Source of the DNA: Octopus sinensis
Lineage: Eukaryota
Length of the DNA: 64,000 nucleotides
Assembly: GCF_006345805.1 (NCBI RefSeq)
Contig: NC_043018.1
Span: 29,574,001 to 29,638,000, forward strand
Reading direction: 5' to 3'
A program made the translations under genes and the position numbers. The notes under the pieces are model-generated. The model saw only the letters and a program-made list of their open reading frames with translations, was not told the origin of the DNA and searched no databases. Within the stretch, counting starts at the first letter, position 1. Every line of letters starts with the position of its first letter. Positions 1 to 13,005 of this stretch are shown piece by piece.

Positions 1-240
1 TGATACAGTGTGTGGCAAGGTTGGCCCTTTGAAATGCAGGTACAACAGAAACAGGAAGAAAGAGTGAGAGAAAGTAGTGGTGAAAGATTTCAGCAGGGTT
101 CGCCACCACCCCTTGCCGGAGCATCGTGGAGCTTTAGGTGTTTTCGCTCAATAAACACTCACAACGCCCGGTCTGGGAATCGAAATCACGATCCTACGAC
201 CGCGAGTCCGCTGCCCTAACCACTAAGTCATTGCACCTCC
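1..240 (-). mobile_element. tRNA-derived SINE, family C (head plus body)
   Basis: Reverse strand reads GGAGGTGCAATGACTTAGTGGTTAGGGCAGCGGACTCGCGGTCGTAGGATCGTGATTTCGATTCCC (A/B-box-like). The body matches copies at 9420, 46120 and 53917-54290. Confidence 0.85.
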
Positions 241-242
241 GC

Positions 243-430
243 ATCACATACACACATAGACACATATACGGGTATGCGTTTGTGTGTGTGAGAGTGAGTG
301 TGTGTATATGTATGCGTGTATACGTGTGTGTTTGTGTATGTCTGCCTGTCTCTGTGAGTGTGTTTATGTGTGCATTTTTAAGCGTGTGTATATGTGTGTG
401 TTTTTGTGCATATTTGTGTATGCGTTTGTA
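243..430. repeat. compound (CA)/(TG) microsatellite
   Basis: Direct reading. Confidence 0.9.
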
Positions 431-468
431 TAATAATAATACGATTTTTTTGTTCTTGGGCAGCAAGT

Positions 469-900
469 GTTAACCCCTATTTGTTAACCCCTAGAATGTA
501 TGAAAATTGGTTAATATTTCTTTCAAACTTTGCGTTTGTTATATTTATTCAAACCCCAAAGAATTCCCCTCAACACATGGCTATGATCATTCACAACTAC
601 TACCCATGATTAGAGACGCAGATATTGTGAGCCACTAAGGGACATTCTGAAGTGGTTAACGTCAAACAACTAACAAGCAAATCTACCATATTAAGCAGGA
701 AATTTGGTATAACGATAGTTCTGCTTCAACAACTTAATGCTGAATCTGAAATGTAGTGGAAAATAGGTCAGTTTCAAAACATTGATATCCAAGTTACAAA
801 AGCAAAGTTTGAAGGGAATAGTAGTCATTTCCTTTGATTTCTAGGCAGAAGCAAATACGAAATAACACTTACTGAGCAAACACAAAATAAAATGAAAATT
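469..900 (+). mobile_element. possible piggyBac-like non-autonomous element end
   Basis: TTAA|CCCCT start seen twice (469, 483), which fits the piggyBac TTAA-CCC terminus. No matching right end found. Confidence 0.3.
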
Positions 901-984
901 TTGTAACACAGTGTAATAGTGAACTGTCTATGACTACCTCACAATTCTTACAAAAGTTATAGATGTTGGGGCGCTTAGTTCTAC

Positions 985-1625
985 AATAGGCACAAGGTCT
1001 GAAACTTTGAGGGAGGCCGTAAGTAGATCATATCGATCCCAGTACTTGACTGGTACTTAATTTATCGACCCCCAAAAGATGAAAAATAAAGTCGACCTCA
1101 GCGGAATGTAACGGCAGACGAAATACCGCTAAGCATTTTGCCCGGCTTGCTAATAATTCTGCCAGCTCACTGCTTATGGATAATATTAATAAAATTTTCC
1201 ACTCTAGGTACAAGGCCTGAAATTTTGGGGGAAGGGGGCAGTCGATTAGAGCGACCCCAGTACGCAACTGGTACTTAAATTATCGACACTGAAAGAATGA
1301 AAGGTAAAGACGACCTCGGCGAAATTTGAACTCAGAACGTAAATACTGCTAAGCATTTCGCCCGGCGTGCTAACGATTCTGCCAGCTCACCGCCTTGCAT
1401 AATATAATAATTTTTTTATTGCCCACAGGGGGCAAAACTTAGAGAGAACAAATAAGGACAGACAATGGGATTAATTCGATTACATCGACCACAGTGCGTA
1501 AGTGGTACTTAAGTAATCGACCTCAAACGGATGAAAAGCAAAGTCGACCTTGGCGGAATTTAAATTCAAAATGTAAATGCTTCTAAGCATTTCGCACGTC
1601 GTGTTAGTGTTTCTGCCGCCTTGCA
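985..1625 (-). mobile_element. three adjacent SINE family B copies
   Basis: Repeated reverse-strand module GGCGGTGAGCTGGCAGAATCGTTAGCACGCCGGGCGAAATGCTTAG...GTTCTGAGTTCAAATT...GGTCGACTTTGCCTTTCATCC...GGGGTCGAT. Confidence 0.85.
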
Positions 1626-2224
1626 TAATATAAAGAATGATAACGGTTTGTCGTTTACTGTTTTGCTTTGTTTCGTTAATTTATTTTGTTTGTGTTTGTC
1701 GGGGAGTCTCTGTAGGTCGAGTGGCTACATCTTCGCATTAAAAAGTCACAGCACTGGTACCACAGGTATCTAATTAGAAGGTCGCAGCAAAGAATCGCAA
1801 AACAGTTTCTTCAAGCCGATCCAAACGGCAGGAAATTGGGGGTAGACTAAGAAAGAGATTGTTGGGTAACATCCCTGTTCTCAATTTGGCCACGCTCAGG
1901 AATTTTGTAGGATTGTGTGATAATTGTTGCTTCTGATAGGATGCTATAGCAAAGGGGCCGGAGGTCTCTACACGCAAGCCTCAAAGTTGATATTTGCTTA
2001 TAATTTAAGCATGGAGACAACAGTTTAAAAGAGAGAGCGTTAGTCGATGCCTACGATCCTAAACTTTGACTGATACCTCATGTTATCAATTGTGGAAGGA
2101 AAGAAGGCAACGATATCCTCGGAGATATTCGAACCCAGAATATAAAGTGGCAAAACGAATACCACAAGGCACTTTGGTTGACGCTCTAACGAGTGAGTCA
2201 GTTCATCACCCTTGTAATAATGAT

Positions 2225-3050
2225 TTCAAATTTTGGTACGAGACCATCAATTCTGAATAGGGGAGGCACTCAATCGATTACATCGAACCCAGTACAATTC
2301 CGAAAGGCTGCAAGACAAAGTTGAATTCGGCGGTATTTCAACTCAGAGCATGAAGATCAACGAAATGCCGCTCAGCAGTTTGCCCGGCGTGCTAAGTTTT
2401 CTTATTTCTTTATTGCCCACAAGGGGTTAAACAAAGAGCGGACAAACAAGGACAGACAACGGATTAAGTCGATTATATCGACCCCAGTGTGTAACTTGTA
2501 CTTAATTTATCGACCCCGAAAGGATGAAAGGCAAAGTTGACCTCGGCGGAATTTGAACTCAGAACCTAATGGCAGACGAAATACCTATTTTTATTTCTTT
2601 ATATTCCACAAGGGGCTAAAGACAGAGGGGACAAACAAGAACAGACAAACGGCTTAAGCCGATTACATCGACCCCAGTGCGTAACTGGTACTTAATTTAT
2701 CGACCCCGAAGGATGTAAGGCAAAGTCGACCTCCGCGGAATTTGAACTCAGGACGTAATGGCAGACGAAACACCACTAAGCATTTCGCCCGGCGTGCTAA
2801 CGTTTCTGCCAACTCTCTGTCAGAGGCCATTACTTTTGTGATGATAATTATTTCTAATTTAGGTACAAAACTAATAATGGTAAAGAGGAGTGGTTGGAGT
2901 TAGTCGATATCATTGAATCCGCTACTTGACTGGTACTTTATCGACTGCAAAGAAGGCGAAAAGTAAAGTTAATATCAGCTGGATTGCATCTTTGACTGAA
3001 AAAAGATTACAAAGAAATGGCGAAAAGCGTTTAACCGGTGCTGAACAATC
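2225..3050 (-). mobile_element. cluster/tandem array of SINE family B copies
   Basis: Four copies. Units at about 2400-2590 and 2590-2820 are head-to-tail and carry the long tail CCGTTTGTCTGTCCTTGTTTGTCC...CCCCTTGTGG. Confidence 0.85.
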
Positions 3051-3057
3051 CTACCCA

Positions 3058-3409
3058 ATGTATGTGTGTGTGTGTGTGTGTGTCTGTCTGTCTGTCTGTG
3101 TCTGCATGTGGGTGTTTGTGTATGTCGTTGATCATGTGTCCACTTGTGTGTTCGTGCGTGTGTCTGCGTTTGCGGGCACATGTATGCGAGATTGTACGTT
3201 TGAGTTTGTGAGCGTGTGTATGTATGTGAGCGTGTGTATGTATGCGTGTGTATGTGTGCATGACTTTGTGAATGTGTTTGTGAGTGTGTGTGTGTGTGTG
3301 TGTGTGTTTGAAACGGTGTGTGTATGTGCGTGTATTTGTGTATATTTCTGTATGCGTTTGAACGTATTTGTGTGTGCTTGTATATCCCTTTGGATGTGAA
3401 TGTACATCA

Positions 3410-3467
<58 letters not shown>

Positions 3468-3700
3468 TATATATATTATATATATATATGCTTGCTTAAA
3501 TCTATCTATGCGTGTGTATATGTCTGTTTGAATGGTTGCACGTATGCTTGCATAAACGTGTCTAAGTGTATGTATATATGTGTATAAGAGCGCTTGTGTT
3601 TGCATATATGCATATATGTATATTCGTACGTATGCATGTATGTTTGAGTATATGTATCTATATATATATATGTGTATATGTTCAAAAAATCAATAGTACT
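3058..3700. repeat. compound (TG)n/(TA)n microsatellite
   Basis: Direct reading. Confidence 0.9.
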
Positions 3701-4074
3701 ATTCATATAAAACACCATTAGATATTTCATATGAAAGGTTCCGATTCTTGTCTTGAAATGTGGTGGAATATTCATTTCTATTATGTTTTAATACATTCAA
3801 AGAAATATCGACCTTTCATAATAACTATGTGATAACTCTTTCGTATTTCAGTCACAGTTCATATATGTTTTATGCATTAAAATATATTCTATGCTTTTAA
3901 GATTGAATAGGTTTGGTGTATATGTAATAGGGAGGTATTTTTTCTTGATTATAATATTAAGTAGAAGCTATATAAGATGAATATATTAATATATAATATA
4001 AGGTTAAAAATACTTAACGTAAATGACTTGTTCAAATAAAAACCTATCAACACAAACACACGTTGATAAGTAAA

Positions 4075-4111
4075 TGTATATATGTATATGTATATATATA
4101 TATATGTATAC

Positions 4112-4181
<70 letters not shown>

Positions 4182-4321
4182 GTATATATATATATATACA
4201 TATATATACATATATATATATACATATATATATGTATATATATTATATATAATATATATATACATATATATATACATATATATATATATGCGTATATATA
4301 TATATTATATATATATATATA

Positions 4322-4355
<34 letters not shown>

Positions 4356-4383
4356 CATATATATATATACATATATATATACG

Positions 4384-4438
<55 letters not shown>

Positions 4439-4935
4439 GTAGCTAGATATTGAGTTCTTTTATCTGATAAGTGTTATTTGTATTTCAATATCGCTATATT
4501 AAATACATTCATTAAATCATTCTTATATAAACATGTACACAAAGGCATGCATATCTATCTGTCTATTCACCTAGATAACAATACATGCATATATATATAT
4601 ATAATATATATATATATATATTATATATATATATATTATATATATTATATATATATATATATTATATATATATATATGCGTGCGTGAGTGTGTATGTATA
4701 TATATATATATGTATACACATAAAATGTATACATACATACACATGCAACACACACATTACACATCTACACACAGAAACATACACACATATATACAAATAT
4801 ATATAATTGAGGGAATAGGTAACATCCAGATATGTAAACACACAGACGCGTATATGCATGCATAAAAATAAGAATGTGCGTGACTAAGCGTGTGTATGTG
4901 TGTATTCGCGCATGTGTGAGTGTGTGTGTGTGTCA
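4075..4935. repeat. long (TA)n-rich compound microsatellite
   Basis: Direct reading. Confidence 0.9.
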
Positions 4936-5013
4936 GATTTACATCCAATAATCCTGACTCGTTATTTGTTTTCCATTGTCTTCCCTCTCCCCATCTGTTT
5001 TCTCTCCTCAATC

Positions 5014-5049
5014 CTTTCCGTAGACGAACGCTGGCCTAAAACGTCGAAG
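5014..5049 (+). ncRNA. degenerate hammerhead-like motif (CUGUAGA family relic)
   Basis: CTTT CCGTAGAC GAAC GCTG GCCT AAA ACGT C GAAG aligns to the 57726 motif. Downstream TTCCTGAGCGTCAAACTAATA matches that family. The core is broken. Confidence 0.45.
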
Positions 5050-5329
5050 CTCTCTTTCAACTTTCCTGAGCGTCAAACTAATAAATCCTGTCTGTTGTTC
5101 TCCTCCTGTCTGCTGCTCTCTCACCTGTCTCTGTCTTTCATTTATTTTTGTCCTGCTTTTTTTTTTTGTGGGGCATCATTTTGAAGCATACATGTGTAAT
5201 ATATATATATATATTAAATTAGAGATAAAACCACTATTAGGCAATTCAACAGTGATAGCCATAAATCAAAACAAAATTGTCCCTGTCAGTTTGGATATAC
5301 TCCCTAATATTATTATTGTTATTATATAT

Positions 5330-5421
<92 letters not shown>

Positions 5422-5531
5422 GTGTGTGTATTGGTAAAAACGGTAAGATAAAAGAAAGAAAGAAACCTCAATATTATGTAAATAGAGGAAATTTATCTGT
5501 AAAATAATATGTGACAATTATTCAATAGCCA

Positions 5532-5594
5532 AGATAAAACTCTGAGTTTCGGATGCCGAAGTGGAAAACCACAACACCATCTCTTCGGTTATCT
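5532..5594 (-). ncRNA. degenerate type I hammerhead ribozyme
   Basis: Minus strand: AGATAA CCGAAGA GATG-[22 nt]-CATC C GAA ACTCAGAGT T TTATCT. Stem I is 6 bp and stem III is near-palindromic. It carries a U4>C change and an extra C. Confidence 0.55.
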
Positions 5595-5673
5595 GGCCAT
5601 CAGTCGATTACGTGGAACCCAATACGATTCCGAAGATTGAAAGACAAAGTCGAATTCGGTGGTATTTGAATAT

Positions 5674-6872
5674 CACTTGTCAACAGTTTTGATTTTATAA
5701 TATCACCACATTTACTAGTGTAGATATTGGCCAATTCCGTAATGTCTTGATTTATACGCCACTGGTGCTAAAACATTGCAACCAGAGATTAGGTAGTTCA
5801 CTGTTTCAATCTTACAGATCCGACACTTTGGCCCTACTTCATTTCCTATCACATTGGCTTGGTTGTTCCGGGTCTATAAGCTTTGACCTTGAGCAAGTAA
5901 ACTGAAACATTCGATCTCTGCTTTTATGCCCGAGCTCCGTAGCCACTGGTGGGTTTGCTTCTAATCAACACCAGCTTGTTTGCTACAGGCCATATATTTG
6001 CCATGCAGAGGTTTCTGCCCCCACCGATCAGAAAATTGTTCATGCGCTTTTTCCCTTGTTACCTTCTTTGCAACAACACCTTCTTTGCTGCACGTCATGC
6101 TGTTCAATCTGGGTACCACACACGAACTCATTATCAAACGTTTCACTCTCCTTCGCGAGCTTCTTAAGCCTCTCGTCTTTTTGAACGAGTTTTAGCATCC
6201 AATCGTTAGATGTTTCAAGATATTTGGTCTGTCCAGTTGTGGGGATTTTGTAAGAGAGTTCAAATTGTATCAAGCTTCGAACTCCTTGTGCTCTGGAAAG
6301 GTAAAGACAATCGACGTCTAACTTTGGGTGTTGTATATTTTTACAAGTCAGCGGTTTACGTGTTTTTCTGTCAACTTTCCTTATTTCACTGATACTCCAA
6401 TTCAACACTTTGAAGCTATAGAATGGAACTGCTATGAAATTTATGGCTAACACCTTGTTATGTGCATTTAGTTAAAATTTCAAGACTGCTCAAACTCACC
6501 TATAACATTGCTTTACGATCTCTTTCAAATTTGCGTAATGAATGCCAGATCTTTCATTTATCTTTGGTACTTATGATTGTTCTTGTTCAAGTTCTTTTAC
6601 AATTGTGCGAACACCTAACACCGCTACATTTGATGTCTTCGCATTTCTGCAAAGTGGTCTTGGCACATTTATCAAGAGCAAACTTCGTACCGATGTAATC
6701 ACTCAATGTTTTTATAGTACCTAAGAGGTCTTTAAGTGCATTATTCTCTTTGCCATAGAGTTTTATAGCAATCCATATAACATAGATTGCTTATTTACTT
6801 GTCAATTTTATATCCACACCCTGTTCTGAAACGTTCACTCGTAAGGGGATTTAGAGCTGCAAAAACATTAAA
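5674..6872 (-). pseudogene. R4/Dong-clade non-LTR retrotransposon fragment (RT C-half to zinc knuckle)
   Basis: Pieces read ALNPL..TGCGYKIDK*ISNLCYMD (YMDD-like), LLGTIKTLSDYIGTKFALDKCAK, AINFIAVPFYSF..WSISEIRKVDRKTRK..HPKLDVDCLYLSRAQG, and HQWLRSSGIKAE..KCRICK..ISGC..SRH..GQYLH. Stops and frameshifts are present. Confidence 0.85.
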
Positions 6873-6927
<55 letters not shown>

Positions 6928-7060
6928 TTATTATTATTATTATTACTATTATTATTATTACTATTATCATTATATTATTATATTATTATTATTATTTTAT
7001 TATTATTATTATTATCATTATTATTATTATTATTATTATTACTATTAATATTATTATTAC

Positions 7061-7126
<66 letters not shown>

Positions 7127-7185
7127 TATTATTATTACTATTATTATAATTATTATTAATATTATTATTATTATTATTATAAATA

Positions 7186-7216
<31 letters not shown>

Positions 7217-7265
7217 CATCATCATCATCATTATTATTATCGATCATCATTGCCATCATTACTTT
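6873..7265. repeat. (TTA)n/(TAA)n microsatellite with (CAT)n end
   Basis: Direct reading. Confidence 0.95.
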
Positions 7266-7449
7266 ATAGATAACATATAACCTTGAGGATATTTTTCAGG
7301 AAATAATTTTAAAGGATTATTTTCATTAAACTCTCACACCTATCCAAATTCTTTCTTTCTTGAAACCAGGAAATCATTCTTTATTATTGTCTCTCGAAGC
7401 AAGATAATTAATAATAACTAATTATCCTATTATTCACCTTTATTTGCCT

Positions 7450-7491
7450 TACCACACACACACAAATCTATATACCTGTATATATATATAT

Positions 7492-7531
<40 letters not shown>

Positions 7532-7609
7532 CGTGTGTGTGTGTATGTATGCATGTGTGTCTACATATATATGTATGTATACATATATATATATAATATA
7601 TATATATAT

Positions 7610-7650
<41 letters not shown>

Positions 7651-7662
7651 TATATATATATG

Positions 7663-7724
<62 letters not shown>

Positions 7725-7748
7725 ATATATACATATATATATTTACAT

Positions 7749-7796
<48 letters not shown>

Positions 7797-8080
7797 ATGT
7801 AAATATCATCGTCTCGGAACGTTTATCTTTGATATTTCACTATTTATTCTCTCTTTTATTTGTTTCTAATCTTCATATATGTCATTTATATAAGTTCATA
7901 TTTCCATATTCGTTGTTTCATTCTTCGAATTACTACTACTACTACCGATATTGCTGCTGCTGCTGCTGCAATTATTACACCTCCTCTTCCTCCTCTTACT
8001 ACTACTACAATGACATTCACACTTACTACCATCGCTACTCCTACCACGAACACCACCAACACTACTCTCACTACTACTAT
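7450..8080. repeat. (TG)n/(TA)n and (TAC)/(TGC) microsatellites
   Basis: Direct reading. Confidence 0.85.
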
Positions 8081-8481
8081 GTATTCGTGCTTCTCTTTAA
8101 ATTTTATGTACGATTTTCTTTCTTCTGAATTTCTTATTAATATTCTCCTGAACATCGCAGCAGCAGACCCATATATCGAAAAGACAGAAGACGCTAAAGA
8201 AAGGAAAACAACAACACACAGACATGCGCAGAGAACACACGCAGACACACTCATACAGACACATGTGTCTTAGATTAAGCCGACAGGATGAGAGAACAAA
8301 GATGATGTACAGTCAACATTTTGTATCTCTCATAATTATTGTCATTTCTACTTATATCTTCCCAGTATTTCTTGTACGATCCCAGTAAGATAAGAAGTGC
8401 ACAAAGGCAAGACTACAAAGATAAATCAGTCAAACTAAAAAAACAACTGAAGTGAACAAGCTAACGAGAGCGTCTCCATAT

Positions 8482-8650
8482 CAGTGGTTTTCAAACCAGG
8501 TATATATGGCCTTTGGGACCAATGTATGATGTCGATGTTAACAATTATATACAACAAAGTGGTCACATTTTTAAAATATTCAAAAGTATCTAAACAATTT
8601 TTTATGCAATTCTTAATAATATTTAATTAAAAAAATATGATAAAATAGGT
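8482..8650 (+). mobile_element. hAT (Charlie/Buster-like) MITE fragment
   Basis: Starts CAGTGGTTTTCAAACC; the interior resembles 14330-14570. Cut by a SINE at about 8650. Confidence 0.45.
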
Positions 8651-8817
8651 CTAGTAGTGGCTGTGTGGTAAGTAGATTGTTTACCAACCACATGGTTCCC
8701 GGTTCAGTCCCACTGCGTGGCACCTTGGGCAAGTGTCTTCTACTATAGCCTCGGGCCGACCAAAGCCTTGTGATTGGATTTGGCAGACGGAAACTGAAAG
8801 AAGACCGTCGTATATAT

Positions 8818-8914
<97 letters not shown>

Positions 8915-9131
8915 TGTGTGTGTGTATGCGTGTGTCTCTGTGTTTGTCCCCCAACATCGCTTGACTATCGATGCTGGCGTGTTTACGTCCCCGTAACTTA
9001 GCGATTCGGCAAAAGAGTCCGATAGAATAAGTACTAGGCTTACAAAGAATAAGTTCTGCGGTCGATTTGCTCAACTAAAGGCGGTGCCCCAGCATGGCCA
9101 CAGACAAATGACTGAAACAAGTAAATTAGTA
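8648..9131 (+). mobile_element. SINE family A (tRNA head, CORE-like ACCTTGGGCAAGTG, internal (TA)n(TG)n, 3' module), full length
   Basis: GTGGCTGTGTGGTAAGTAG..GGTTCAGTCCC..GGCACCTTGGGCAAGTGTCTT..microsatellite..GTTTACGTCCCCGTAACTTAGCG..TGACTGAAACAAGTAA. Many copies in the window. Confidence 0.9.
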
Positions 9132-9419
9132 TAGAGAGAGTAATAGTTTTTTGACATCGAATGGATGTGAGCAAATAGACATAAAAGACACGGAAATAAA
9201 AGGGGAGCAGAAATTGGGTGAGATCCACATACGGTCGTTGTGCCTGTTCAAAACAGCAAACAAGTAAACCTGAAATAACAGAATATCCTTATAAAATGTG
9301 CACTTTGCGTAGTGGAACACCTTGGGAAACTGTTTGAACACAAAGCGATGATACCTGTAAGAGTGCTCTTGATTATAAGATTTCCTGATGAAACTGAGAC
9401 TACACAACAACAGCAACAG

Positions 9420-9900
9420 TGGAGGTGCAATGACCCAGTGATTAGGGCAGGAGACTGGCAGTCGTAAGAACGCGGTTCGATTCCCAGACCGGGCATAGTG
9501 AGTGTTTATTGAGCACAAAACACCTAAGCTCCACGATGCTCCGGCGGGGTAGTGGTGGTGAAGCCCGCTGTATTCTTTCACCACAACTTTCTCTCACTCT
9601 TTCTTCCTACTTCTGCCACAAAGCAGAGGAACCATGGTGTAACCCACTATGGTGTGGTAAAATTTTCAGACCCTAGTCTAGATTGCGAATCCTCTGTACC
9701 CCAGGATGATTCAGCTCTCCACTCGTTAAAAGCCACCGTTTACGGAATGAGGATAACAACGTAGCTTTCGCGCTCGTGCAACCGCCATTTTATCGCGTGT
9801 GGTGGGTGGATCTTCAAGTTGCCAGACGCATTCTTAGTGGCTTAGAGTAGGCTCGAATTAGATATTATTCTTTGTGGCTAATGGCGTGAGTCCTGATTGG
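9420..9900 (+). mobile_element. SINE family C with alternative 3' tail ending in (GAA)n
   Basis: Family C head and body to about 9615, then a sequence absent from other copies, running into (GAA)n(CAA)n. Confidence 0.7.
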
Positions 9901-10035
9901 AAGAATAAGAAGAAGAAGACGAAGAAGAAGAAGACGAAGAAGAAGAAAGAAGAAGAAGAAGAAGAAGAAGAAGAAGAAGAAGAAGAAGAAGAAGAAGAAC
10001 AACAACAACAACAACAACAACAACAGCAACAAACA
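9900..10035. repeat. (GAA)n(CAA)n
   Basis: Direct reading. Confidence 0.95.
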
Positions 10036-10139
10036 TCACCTGGGCATTCAAGAAACGGAGAATTTTGCTGTATCACCCTATCATATATTCTGGTGGGATG
10101 TATGCATTGTGACTGGTACAAAGATGGCGGTATGTTGAA

Positions 10140-10375
10140 AGGCGGCGAGCTGGCAGAATCGTTAGCACGCCGGGTGAAATGCGTAGCCGTATTTCGTCTG
10201 CCGTTACGTTCTGAGTTCAAATTCCGCCGTGGTTGACTTTGCTTTTCATCCTTTCGTGGTCGATTAAATAAGTACCAGTTACGCACTGGGGTCGATATAA
10301 TCGACTTGATCCGTTTGTCTGTCCTTGTTTGTCCTCTCTGTGTTTAGCTCCTTGTAGGAAGTAAAGAAATAGTTA
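10140..10375 (+). mobile_element. SINE family B, long-tail form
   Basis: GGCGGCGAGCTGGCAGAATCGTTAGCACGCCGG...GAGTTCAAATTCCGCC... Confidence 0.9.
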
Positions 10376-10451
10376 TGTTGAAAGATATGCAACGACAGAG
10401 CAGCAGGGAAACGTCTCCTTTTGTTGCAAGACTCAAAGGAAATATCAGCAT

Positions 10452-10870
10452 AGGTGCGGGTGTGGCTGTGTTGTAAGAAATTTCGTTGCCAACCTCACGG
10501 TCCCAGGTTCAAATCAAACTGCGTGTCACTTTGGGCAAGTATATTTTACTATAGCGTTGTTATGGAATTCGGTAGATGGAAACTGTAAGAAACCCGTCTT
10601 ATATATATATGTGTGTGTGTGTGTGTGTATTTGTGAGTGTGCATGTGTGTGGCTGTGTCTATGTTCGTCACCCGCCACCGCCTGACAATTGGTGCTGTTG
10701 GGATTACGTCCCTGTAACTTAGCGGTTCGGCAAAAATGGTCCGAAAGTATAAATACCATGCTTTAAACGAAAAATAAGTACTGACGCCGTTTCATTCGAC
10801 TTAAATTACTCCAAGGCAGTAACTGCAGCTTGACCGCAGCCTAATGAGGGAAACAAATAAAAGATAATAG
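10452..10870 (+). mobile_element. SINE family A-related copy (diverged)
   Basis: Same bipartite layout with internal microsatellite. Confidence 0.75.
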
Positions 10871-10919
10871 AAGTGAAATCATTCACTTTAAACTGTAGAA
10901 GTAAGGCATGAGCCGAGCA

Positions 10920-11130
10920 ATACTATAAAAGTAGTCAATTTTATTAAATCTATTCCATACAGCGCAAGAATCTTCAGTTTATTATGTGAGAATATGGAAA
11001 GTCTGCTAGGAACTTTATAGCTATATACTGAAGCGGGTTGGGTTCAAGTGAGAATGTTTTGGTCAGCTCTTTCGAAATGTGTATTGAAATTTGTAAACAT
11101 CTCCCAAGACATCTCTTTTAGCGTTCAACC
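10920..11130 (+). pseudogene. hAT Buster/ZBED5-like transposase fragment
   Basis: Reads KVVNFIKSIPYSARIFSLLCENM..TL*LYTEAGW then, after a shift, ENVLVSSFEMCIEI. This resembles the hAT LLHTEVRWLSRGKVL.RVFELR block. Confidence 0.6.
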
Positions 11131-11334
11131 AAGTTACAAGTGTTGGACGGAAAAACAAAATCGTATATTTTTCTACTATATTCTTTATTTGAATGAATAT
11201 TGATATGCAGCTATGTTCTAAGTAAAATATATACTTAACTAAAGTGTAAACAAAATTCTATGGTGACTGCATAGCTAAAGATAGTCTCAAGAGATTTGAA
11301 AGCAAACTTGGTAGACTTTTACACCTTTACACGT

Positions 11335-11565
11335 GACATTTTAGCACCAATAGACAGAGTTTGCCAATATGTCGGCATTATAAAATCAAAACTGTTGACA
11401 AGTGGTATAAACATCATCCTGGGGTTGTAACTTAGGCGAAAATTGGTTCGTTTCTTTGGGTATTTCCGGTATATGCATAGAGGACCATCAATAAACCGGA
11501 TATTGTTGTGAAAGCCCCCAAACAATAAAGTTTGATTATTGATCGACATGAGTATTCTTGTGACC
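11335..11565 (+). pseudogene. R4/Dong restriction-like endonuclease region fragment
   Basis: CRHYKIKTVDKWYKHHPGVVT...NKPDIVVK...LLIDMSI. Shares ATTATAAAATCAAAACTGTTGACAAGTG with the reverse complement of 5674-5701. Confidence 0.75.
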
Positions 11566-11671
11566 ACGCTGGAGCACACCATTAGTTTTTGCTATATTTT
11601 TGTTAGTCCTCCTTTTAGAGTGGTCATTTGGTGAATGAGGGCGTTTGGTGTTGCTGCGCTTAATTCAGTTT

Positions 11672-12340
11672 ACTCTTTTACTCTTTTACTTGTTTCAGTC
11701 ATGTGACTGTTGCCATGCTGGATTACCGCCTTTTAGTCGAGCAAATCGACCCCAGGACTTATTCTTTGGAAGCCTAGTACATATTCTATCAGTCTCTTTT
11801 GCCGAACCGCTAAGTTACGGGAACGTAAACACACCAGCATCTATTGTCAAGCGATGTTAGGGTGACGAACACAGACACACAAACATATACACACACATAA
11901 ATATATAGCCTGAAATTGCATTAATACTTTTAAAGCTTTCGCGTAAAATATTCCATTAATAAAGCAATCTGAAATTTTGTCAGTTCCACATGCTGGATTC
12001 CAGGTTTTAAATTAAAATGCATTGCTATGTTTACTTTCTTCGCGCGGAAAGTGAAATTTAGCGAATCTTCACACGAATTTTCAGACAGAGAATTACGCAG
12101 TTTTTGCATTTATATATGTCAGCCAAATGTTGTAAAATATAAAGAATGTGTATTTTATCATGGAGAAATTATGTTTTTGACAGTGTGGTAAGTAGCTTGC
12201 TTACCAGCCACATGGTTTCGGGTTCAATCCTACTGCGTGGCACCTTGGGCAAGTGTCTTCAACTATAGCCTCGGGCCGACCAAAGCCTTGTGAGTGGATT
12301 TGGTAGACGGAAACTAAAAGAGGCCCGTCGTATATATGTA

Positions 12341-12384
<44 letters not shown>

Positions 12385-12389
12385 CATAT

Positions 12390-12435
<46 letters not shown>

Positions 12436-12477
12436 TATACATATATATATACATACATATATATATATCATATATAT

Positions 12478-12545
<68 letters not shown>

Positions 12546-12716
12546 ATATATATATGCATACATATATACGACGGGCCTCTTTTAGTTTCCGTCTACCAAA
12601 TCCACTTACAAGGCTTTGGTCGGCCCGAGGCTATAGTTGAAGACACTTGCCCAAGGTGCCACGCAGTAGGATTGAACCCGAAACCATGTGGCTGGTAAGC
12701 AAGCTACTTACCACAC
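11672..12716 (-). mobile_element. SINE family A split by an inverted duplication inside its microsatellite linker
   Basis: 3' module at 11672-11893 and head at 12565-12716, both on the minus strand; an inverted head copy lies at 12183-12335. Confidence 0.8.
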
Positions 12717-13005
12717 AGTCAAAAACATAATTTCTCCATGATAAAATACACATTCTTTATATTTTACAACATTTGGCTGACATATATAAATGCAAAAACT
12801 GCGTAATTCTCTGTCTGAAAATTCGTGTGAAGACTCGCTAAATTTCACTTTCCGTGCGAAGAAAGTAAACATAGCAATGCATTTTAATTTAAAACCTGGA
12901 ATCCAGCATGTGGAACTGACAAAATTTCAGATTGCCTTATTAATGGAATATTTTACGCGAAAGCTTTAAAAGTATTAATGCAATTTCAGGCTATATATTT
13001 ATGTG
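11894..13005. repeat. 1.1-kb near-perfect inverted repeat (about 450-bp arms, (TA)n spacer)
   Basis: Arms are symmetric without indels (11894+13005 = 12330+12569). I counted five substitutions. Confidence 0.95.

Noticed and set aside
9386-9400. CTGATGAAAC as a hammerhead core (also at about 60697)
   Set aside because: There is no stem II between CTGATGA and GAAA; the 60.7-kb instance is internal Helitron sequence.
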